Virus record (IMG/VR): IMGVR_UViG_3300044472_000032
Location: 1-63,511 of that record
Length of the DNA: 63,511 nt
Direction: 5' to 3' (one strand)
Source: a virus
Lineage: Duplodnaviria > Caudoviricetes
Under the pieces are notes generated by a model. It saw only the letters and a list, made by a program, of their open reading frames with translations, was not told where the DNA came from and did not search any database. Numbering within the stretch: position 1 is the stretch's first letter; each line of letters begins with the position of its first letter. This document shows, in pieces, positions 57,439-63,511 of the stretch. The position numbers and the translations under genes were made by a program.

Positions 57439-58401
57439 GTGACGCCATCAATCCCCATCTCCGGCTACCCTATCTCGAGCGACGGACTTTATGCCGAGCT
57501 CAGCACTGCCAACCCAGCAATAGCGCTACGCGCTCATGCTGGCGAGATCTGCCATTTATTTATGGCGCTCCCGTGGGATCCTGTCGCTCAGGTAGAGGTA
57601 CCGGTTTTTGCCTCCACCCATGGTTACCAGTGGGGCTCTGCCTGGCCAGGCGTGTGCGACGCCTGGCAAACGTGGCCGGCGGTTATCGAGTCCGCTGGCA
57701 GCTGGTCTTCGTCGCTCTACCAGGGCGGCCAGTGGCGCAGCAGCAGCGTTACCTATGGTCAGATCACCGTGCTCAATCTGGACGGCGCCGTAGACGCCTG
57801 GAAACGGCTCAACTGGCGCGGCAGGTGGTTTCGCACGTGGGCTGCACCCTGGAGCCTGGACGCTGGCTATGGAGGCGCAGCGCCGCATCGGTTTACGATC
57901 ATTCGAACTGGTTACGTTGATGATATCCAGCGGGACGATCAGCGTATTTATGTGAGCCTCCGCGACGCTCGCCGGGCACTCGAGCTGCCAATTAACCCGC
58001 ATACATATATTGGATTAAATACTGCGTTGCAGTTTGGTACGAATGCCAAAATAGCTGTAACTGATTGGGCGGCAATTAACAGTAACAATTTGACATTTGA
58101 GATGTTTTTTCAGAACGAGACAGCGCACAACGGGACGCTCATGTCCTACGGATGGAAGGATGGCGGGTGGCGCCTGGTGGCGACGTCTGACGGCGCGCTG
58201 CTTTTTGAGTACCCGACAGATAGCCTTTACCTTGCGAGCGACAGCGGGCTGATAGAAAGTAATTTGCCGTACCGTGTGTCAATTTCGTTTAATAAAGAGG
58301 TCAAGATATACTTGAATGGTGAGGTTGTCGCCGCGTACGCCGGGTCGATCAGCGTGCCGGATATCATTATCGGCAGCACGCCATTTCAAATAGGAGTTTG
58401 A
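57439..58401 (+). CDS. Tail hub-like protein, N-terminal part ending in the first portion of a LamG domain
   Basis: YGQITVLNLDGAVDAW; LTFEMF...VKIYLNG...PFQIG then stop. Confidence 0.7.
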   Translation: MTPSIPISGYPISSDGLYAELSTANPAIALRAHAGEICHLFMALPWDPVAQVEVPVFASTHGYQWGSAWPGVCDAWQTWPAVIESAGSWSSSLYQGGQWRSSSVTYGQITVLNLDGAVDAWKRLNWRGRWFRTWAAPWSLDAGYGGAAPHRFTIIRTGYVDDIQRDDQRIYVSLRDARRALELPINPHTYIGLNTALQFGTNAKIAVTDWAAINSNNLTFEMFFQNETAHNGTLMSYGWKDGGWRLVATSDGALLFEYPTDSLYLASDSGLIESNLPYRVSISFNKEVKIYLNGEVVAAYAGSISVPDIIIGSTPFQIGV

Positions 58402-58405
58402 CTCT

Positions 58406-58822
58406 ATGGCTTCCACTTTTTACACTTCAGCAAAAGCGCTCCTATGGGGAGCTGGTATCAATTGGGGCAGTGCGGATATTCGCGCCGTCTTGGTCGAGAC
58501 GTCGGGCGGATCTGCCTACACCGTAAACGCTGCTACACATGATTTTCTCAATGACGTGGCCGCCGGCTCCAGGCTGGCGACGTCGGCATCAATGACGGGT
58601 CGGTCGATTTCCGGCGCATACTTGATCGCGGATAATGTGACGTTCGCTACGGTGGCCGCTGGCGCGCTGGTGGGTAGAGCGCTTATCCTTTACATTCATA
58701 CGGGTGTCGAAAGCACATCGAGCCTGATTTGTTATATCGACACGGCGACGGGGTTGCCGGTTACGCCAAACGGCGAAGATATTACTGTGCGATGGACTTC
58801 TAACCGCGTCATCTCGCTGTAA
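58406..58822 (+). CDS. Minor tail/virion protein, paralog A
   Basis: DIRAVLV, ADNVTF, LICYID, TPNGEDITVRW. Confidence 0.7.
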   Translation: MASTFYTSAKALLWGAGINWGSADIRAVLVETSGGSAYTVNAATHDFLNDVAAGSRLATSASMTGRSISGAYLIADNVTFATVAAGALVGRALILYIHTGVESTSSLICYIDTATGLPVTPNGEDITVRWTSNRVISL

Positions 58823-58828
58823 AGGTGA

Positions 58829-59026
58829 TTGATGAAAGTTTGGATTGGGCCGCGTGATGATGATTTCGGCGACGATGGCAACCTGCTGCATAGGCCTCCG
58901 CCGGAGCGCTGGCCATATGGCCCGCCCGAGGATCACGAGGGTTTTTGCAACCTTCACAACGGCGGTTCGTTCTGCGATTGTTTGGCAAGCTCGGAAACTC
59001 AAACTAGGCGGTTAAATCATGGCTAG
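58829..59026 (+). CDS. Small Cys/His protein
   Basis: HEGFCNLH...CDC; lies between the two paralogs. Confidence 0.5.
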   Translation: MMKVWIGPRDDDFGDDGNLLHRPPPERWPYGPPEDHEGFCNLHNGGSFCDCLASSETQTRRLNHG

Positions 59027-59408
59027 CGTTTTATTTGACAAGGCCCGCGAAGCGTACCTGACCGCGGCGCTAAATTTCAGTTCAAACGATGTCCGCGCGA
59101 TATTGGTAGATACTGGTGCATATACCTTTAGCGCTGCTCACCAGTACCTAACATCAGTCGCCGGAGGCGCCAGGATCGCGGTATCCGCTGCGCTTTCCAG
59201 CAAGACAGTAACCTCAGGCGTGGCGGACGCGGCGGATGTAACCTTTACTGCCGTATCAGGCGCGTCAATCGAAGCGATTATCCTTTATCGCCACACTGGA
59301 ACGGACAGCACTTCCGAGCTGATCGCCTATTGGGATGGTTTATCGATCACGCCTAATGGTGGCGATATCACCGTCAAGTGGAATGCTTCGGGAATGTTCA
59401 AGTTATAA
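59019..59408 (+). CDS. Minor tail/virion protein, paralog B
   Basis: DVRAILV, AADVTF, LIAYWD, TPNGGDITVKW. Confidence 0.7.
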   Translation: MASVLFDKAREAYLTAALNFSSNDVRAILVDTGAYTFSAAHQYLTSVAGGARIAVSAALSSKTVTSGVADAADVTFTAVSGASIEAIILYRHTGTDSTSELIAYWDGLSITPNGGDITVKWNASGMFKL

Positions 59409-59411
59409 ACC

Positions 59412-61670
59412 ATGGCTCAATACGCGCGGCCTTCGAGTGACCACACCATGGGCACATGGTCGAGCCTATCGGGTGGCGAAACTCTTTATACACAAATCGA
59501 CGAAACGTCGCCATCTGACGGCACCGACGCGATAACGAGCGCCAGCGGTACCGGCTCCGATGTTTGCAGAGTTAATACCAACTCGATCACTGATCCGGTT
59601 GTTTCCGATGGCCATATCCTGCGCATGCGCGCGAGGCGATCCTCTGGCACCGGAGGATCTGTTAATTGCAGGCTATATAGTGCTGGCGGCCTGATTGGTA
59701 TTTACACTACTATCGCGACGATATCCTCAAGTTTTCGGACATTCGAATTTACCTTGTCTGGAGCTGAAGCGGATTCAATAACTAGTTACTCGGATATTGA
59801 TATCGAGTTTGTCAAAGTGCCGGCCGGTTTTAGCTGCACCATGGAAGTCAGCTGGGCCGAATTCGAAGTTCCGAACATAAGCCTTTCCCCATCGTTTATC
59901 GCCAGCGCGGAAACGCTCTACGCGCCAAGCGCAACAATGTTTCTCTCGCCTGGATTTATTGCCAGCGCAGAGACGCTATATGCGCCTGGTGTTGAAATGT
60001 TTTTGCTGCCCGGGTTTATCGCCAGTGCAGAAGCTCTCTACGCGCCGCTGGCGGTTTACAAGCAATACGTCGACCCGCCGGCCCTGGCCGTAGATTGCGG
60101 AACCATCGCCTCTCCGTCGGTAGCTACTACTCAATTTATTGACGCAGTGGCGCTGGCAACGGATATCGGCTCGTTTATTGCCCCAGCGATATTTGCGATC
60201 CTGGTGATTAGGCCTTCTGCCCTGGCCTACGCCATGCCGAGCATTATCGCGCCCAGCTCGGTAGATTTTGTTACGGTCGTTTATCCCGATGCCCTGGCGT
60301 GGATTGCAACGATTAAAAAACCAATTGTTTCTCAGCGCCTGTGCCGATTTTACGGAATAGTTGACGATGTCAGGATATTCGACGAAGCGCTTACCAACGC
60401 CCAGGTTGCCAAAGACGCGATGCGCGCTTATGAAGATGGCGAACTTCCCGAGCATTTAATCCTTTACTGGCGACTAAATACCGGTAGCGGTACAACGGCG
60501 ACAGACGAGACGGCCGGCGGTCACAATGGAACGATTTCGGGCACGGGTAACATATGGGTAGGATTCGAGGGCCAGGCCGACATGCGCGGGCAGAGAAAGC
60601 CCGTTGCCCTTGGCGTAACCCGCTCCACTGAGCCGGTAGAGTTTGATCCAAATAGGCTTGTTTATCAGGTTGCAGATGGCGCGATTGTTTCGACAGATCC
60701 GCGAGAGGGCGGGTTTACCGGGCTCACATTTGCCGGAAATGTTGCAAACGTATACTCAACCACCGTAATGGCTGGCCAGTACAAAATAGATCCGTCACGC
60801 GGGATGGTGCGCTTTGGTGCTACTCCAGCAGATAAACTTGCTTTCGATATTTTCGCGAGTGCAACATATACCATTCGCGATGTGATCAGGGCCGCCGCGG
60901 CGATCGTGGATAAGCTCGATTTAATCGACGACGCATCGCTGCTCGAGGTCGAGGCCGCCCGCCCTGGCGCGATGGGGCTACACCTCGGCACAGGGGCGGC
61001 GGAAACCACCCTGGCGGACGTGCTCGACAGGGTTATGGACACGGTCGACGGGTGGTGGCAAACGAGCGCAACTGGTACCGTCGTTTTCGGCCTGAGGTCG
61101 GCCCTGCTGGCCGCCACGGTGGCGACAGAAGATCTTGGCGACGTGTCCCTGGTGACCACCTCGCCCGCAGGCGTCAGGTGGCCTGCTGCGCCTCCCATCG
61201 TCTACCCCTGGACAGTGCGCTACAGGCCGTACGAGGTGACCATGGAGGCGACCGAGATCGCCGGTGCGGTACCTGCCGGGGAGCGAGCCCAGTGGCTTGA
61301 CACGTGGCGCAGCGAGGTCTCTACGCCGCTCCCGCGGTACATGCGCGAGGCTCACGCAGACAAGCTCCCGAAATCGATAGATGCCCTGTGGGACGCTCGC
61401 GGGGTTGCGTGGCGCGATGCCTACCGCCGCGGGCTACTCGATCGCCACCCGCGGCGGGCTGGTACAGTAGAGATCAAGGGAGGCGCGCTCAGGGTGGACA
61501 GGATACCCGGGGCGCATACTGTGCAAATGGCGGGCGAGGCGCTGGGCGCGCTGGTAGGGATTTCGGTTGACTTCGCGGGGGATAGCGTAACCCTTACCGT
61601 GCTGGTTACGGAGAGTGAAAATGCTGAGCTCGCGCTAGCTGATGCAGTAGAGGCGAACGAAACACTTTAG
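59412..61670 (+). CDS. Chimeric tail protein: cassette-derived N-terminus fused to LamG C-part and tail hub C-part
   Basis: FYGIVDDVRIF..ALT, YWRLN.GSGTTA.D, GFEG.ADMRG.RKP.ALG, VYQVADG. Confidence 0.75.
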   Translation: MAQYARPSSDHTMGTWSSLSGGETLYTQIDETSPSDGTDAITSASGTGSDVCRVNTNSITDPVVSDGHILRMRARRSSGTGGSVNCRLYSAGGLIGIYTTIATISSSFRTFEFTLSGAEADSITSYSDIDIEFVKVPAGFSCTMEVSWAEFEVPNISLSPSFIASAETLYAPSATMFLSPGFIASAETLYAPGVEMFLLPGFIASAEALYAPLAVYKQYVDPPALAVDCGTIASPSVATTQFIDAVALATDIGSFIAPAIFAILVIRPSALAYAMPSIIAPSSVDFVTVVYPDALAWIATIKKPIVSQRLCRFYGIVDDVRIFDEALTNAQVAKDAMRAYEDGELPEHLILYWRLNTGSGTTATDETAGGHNGTISGTGNIWVGFEGQADMRGQRKPVALGVTRSTEPVEFDPNRLVYQVADGAIVSTDPREGGFTGLTFAGNVANVYSTTVMAGQYKIDPSRGMVRFGATPADKLAFDIFASATYTIRDVIRAAAAIVDKLDLIDDASLLEVEAARPGAMGLHLGTGAAETTLADVLDRVMDTVDGWWQTSATGTVVFGLRSALLAATVATEDLGDVSLVTTSPAGVRWPAAPPIVYPWTVRYRPYEVTMEATEIAGAVPAGERAQWLDTWRSEVSTPLPRYMREAHADKLPKSIDALWDARGVAWRDAYRRGLLDRHPRRAGTVEIKGGALRVDRIPGAHTVQMAGEALGALVGISVDFAGDSVTLTVLVTESENAELALADAVEANETL
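59881..60046 (+). repeat. Three tandem 60-bp (20-aa) repeats
   Basis: L(S/L)P(S/G)FIASAE(T/A)LYAP three times. Confidence 0.9.
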
Positions 61671-61699
61671 CGCGCGGTCATTGCGTGGCAATCCAGGAT

Positions 61700-62113
61700 T
61701 CAGCCCATCTTGAAATGCGGAGAAAGCTTCAGAAGCTTCTCTGCCGCCTGCATTGCTTTCTTGCTCGGCTGGTGCACGCCCTCCAGTCCAGCCAATGCCG
61801 CTTCCCTGCCGGACTCGTAAAGCGGCACAGAGCAAGGTGCTAATACCTGCTCGGTAGTAAGTATTCCGGCAAGAACCGCCATTCTTATCGCCACGCTGCC
61901 AAATTGATGACAGCTAACCCACCCGCGGCAAATAGTAGGCGTGCCGGTTACGCGCTCCTGGTGACAATGGAATGTCGCCAATTCAAGCCCATCACTGTCG
62001 TATTCTACGAGGCGAATGTATTCCGATGGCGACCATATTCCCGGCGGAGTGTCGCGACGGTAAGGGCAGGTATTGCATGGCGTCGGCGGGCAGTTTGTCA
62101 TGGTTTTGCTCAT
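61700..62113 (-). CDS. DUF6283-like Cys-rich protein
   Basis: PCNTCPYRRD.P.GIW..SEY, FHCH, ICRGW. Confidence 0.65.
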   Translation of the reverse strand: MSKTMTNCPPTPCNTCPYRRDTPPGIWSPSEYIRLVEYDSDGLELATFHCHQERVTGTPTICRGWVSCHQFGSVAIRMAVLAGILTTEQVLAPCSVPLYESGREAALAGLEGVHQPSKKAMQAAEKLLKLSPHFKMG

Positions 62114-62293
62114 TTCATCCTCGTTACGATCCATAGATCGCGCTCGTCATTGAGGTTTACCTTTTGGCCCGGCTTTAGCGCCATGATGGCGTTGATCTCG
62201 AGCTCTGCGGAAGTGGCGTCGCCATCCGCGAGGCTACTTTCGTAGTGGTCGGCCAGCAAAAATGTGGCAAGTTGGGCGGGTCAACAACTATCT
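62110..62293 (-). pseudogene. 5'-truncated ORF fused to a truncated copy of the repeated promoter
   Basis: AGATAGTTGTTGAC runs directly into an open frame PAQLATFLLADHYESS...TRMK that has no SD or clear start. Confidence 0.5.
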
Positions 62294-62294
62294 C

Positions 62295-62329
62295 AAAAAA
62301 AGGCCCGCGCCATTTTCGGGCGCGGGCCT
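62295..62329 (-). terminator. Intrinsic terminator after the DUF932 gene
   Basis: 11-bp inverted repeat aggcccgcgcc followed by a run of T on the minus strand. Confidence 0.85.
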
Positions 62330-62346
62330 GAAGGAGAGGAAGATTT

Positions 62347-63447
62347 TCAGGCGGCCATGCTCAGAAACGAGCCGGCGACGCGCTCGATCTTGACCCGGTC
62401 ATCCTGCCAGGCGATCGACCGGGCGTAAGCCGTAGCGCCCGTGGCCGCATCCCAGAGGGTCTCAATGGGTCGGCCTTCTTCGGCTTCGTGGGCCAGGCTG
62501 ATGGCCCTCGCCTGGCCCTTGGTGAAGCGGGAGGCGAGGAATTCGGCAACCCCGTCTTGATCACCGATCTTAATGGAACGGGCGGCGGCAATCGCGTTGG
62601 TGATGCCGGAGGCGGAAGCGCTGGCGTAGTTGCGAACCGCGGGCACTACCTCTTCAATCCACCTGTCGGGCGCCGACACGGTATGCCGGATCCGGATCTC
62701 CCGGTACCCTTCCGCACCCCACACGATGCGATTCTGGCAGGCGTAATCAAAAAGGAATGTGGCAATACCCAGGGTGCAGGCTCCGACTTCGGAATTCCAG
62801 ACGAAAAAGCCCCTGGCGAGCGACCCGGGTTGACCGTCGCGCCTGTTGGGAATCTCGATGCGATTCTTTTCGTCCGCCAAGAATACCCACATGTCGCGAT
62901 CCGACCCGTAAATGGTGGTGTTGCGCTTCGTAACCTTCTCGAGCGCCACCCCAAACTCACCAGGGACCGTGAATTCCCCCGTAACACCGTCGCCGAATCG
63001 GTCGACCAATGCCTGCGCCACGTCTGCATTCCACACGCGCCCGTAATTGGGGCCAGTGACCGCGGCGAGCTCGGCAGGGCCGCCGTTCTTGCGCAGCAGC
63101 ACGCCGACATCGGCGAGCGGCTTGTTTTTGAATCCCCAGTTCATCGCGTCGGCCGCGAGCGGCGCCGGCAAGGTGCGCAGGTAGGCGGCAGGGGCCGACA
63201 CTTGGGCGCAGAGCTGACCAAACGCCCAATGCGTCGGGACAGTCGGCCCGCCATTAGGGCCAATGATCGCCATGGCATCGTTGTCCCCCTCGACTGGCGC
63301 CGCGGTCAGGGCGCGGGAGGAGACGACTTTTGGCCGCGAGATGTCGCGGGAAGCCTGGCAGTGGTCGCGAAGCGCCAGGAGGGAGGTAAATCGTTCGTCA
63401 TCCGGGCGAGACGCCCACTGGCGGGAGGCTTGGGTGAGATTGGCCAT
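62347..63447 (-). CDS. DUF932-like phage/plasmid protein
   Basis: QWASRPDDERFTSL, PTHWAFGQL, GFFVWNSEVG, CQNRIVWG; SD TGAGGAG. Confidence 0.75.
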   Translation of the reverse strand: MANLTQASRQWASRPDDERFTSLLALRDHCQASRDISRPKVVSSRALTAAPVEGDNDAMAIIGPNGGPTVPTHWAFGQLCAQVSAPAAYLRTLPAPLAADAMNWGFKNKPLADVGVLLRKNGGPAELAAVTGPNYGRVWNADVAQALVDRFGDGVTGEFTVPGEFGVALEKVTKRNTTIYGSDRDMWVFLADEKNRIEIPNRRDGQPGSLARGFFVWNSEVGACTLGIATFLFDYACQNRIVWGAEGYREIRIRHTVSAPDRWIEEVVPAVRNYASASASGITNAIAAARSIKIGDQDGVAEFLASRFTKGQARAISLAHEAEEGRPIETLWDAATGATAYARSIAWQDDRVKIERVAGSFLSMAA

Positions 63448-63489
63448 TTGATTCTCCTCAGATCGGCGGGCCGGTCGTTATTGCCTCCC

Positions 63490-63511
63490 CGATGTGCAGA
63501 CTGTATACGGT
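63490..63511. repeat. Terminal overlap with positions 4-25
   Basis: cgatgtgcagactgtatacggt is at both 63490-63511 and 4-25. The base before it differs (t3 vs c63489). Positions 1-44 are also identical to 3604-3647. Confidence 0.9.

Larger units (their letters stand above)
1..63511. mobile_element. Tailed dsDNA bacteriophage genome (siphovirus-like), near complete, circularly permuted
   Basis: TerL, portal, MuF, scaffold, capsid, head-tail, tail tube, tape measure, endolysin and replication genes present. No host housekeeping genes. Ends overlap. Confidence 0.95.

Noticed and set aside
59881-60046. Repeats as a diversity-generating retroelement TR/VR pair
   Set aside because: In-frame tandem coding repeats with largely synonymous differences; no reverse transcriptase recognised
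58396-60330. Ribosomal bypass or self-splicing intron joining the split tail gene
   Set aside because: The matched GTT codons are 1.9 kb apart, far beyond the 50-nt T4 gene 60 hop; the interval is filled with ORFs and shows no evident group I/II intron features
1-63511. Integrase/att site, tRNA genes, ParA
   Set aside because: No recombinase motifs, cloverleaf or deviant Walker A ATPase recognised by eye; a highly divergent one cannot be excluded without HMM or tRNAscan searches

Overview
The window looks like a near-complete genome (about 63.5 kb) of a tailed dsDNA phage of siphovirus type. It has a long tape measure, a tail tube and a G/GT chaperone frameshift, and no tail sheath was recognised. 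The ends share 22 identical bases inside a repeated promoter, so the contig probably broke at that repeat. Main modules: (a) a minus-strand accessory arm (4.5-15 kb) with a secreted HNH nuclease, lipoproteins, a ParB-like protein, a resolvase-like nuclease and a RecD2 helicase; (b) replication/recombination genes (15-20 kb): tandem ribbon-helix-helix (RHH) regulator, SSB-like protein, PD-(D/E)XK exonuclease, primase-helicase; (c) TerS/TerL, then a beta-clamp-like gene, an SNF2-like helicase and two DNA methyltransferases; (d) head genes; (e) tail genes, repeatedly interrupted by inserted islands and continuing across the contig junction; (f) a muramidase endolysin. No integrase, DNA polymerase, ParA, reverse transcriptase, tRNA or CRISPR array was recognised. 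The most notable observations are: a family of repeated promoter/operator modules (two copies bidirectional, with identical geometry and leaderless restart of late genes) heading antisense gene islands; a tail hub gene split inside its LamG domain by a 1.93-kb GTTT-flanked cassette whose removal restores the frame; an M.EcoHK31I-beta-like protein overprinted in the C5 methyltransferase gene; a chromosomal-type parS site; a triplet of phased palindromes; and a hicBA pair with a variant HicA motif. All family assignments come from motif recognition by eye, not from database searches.
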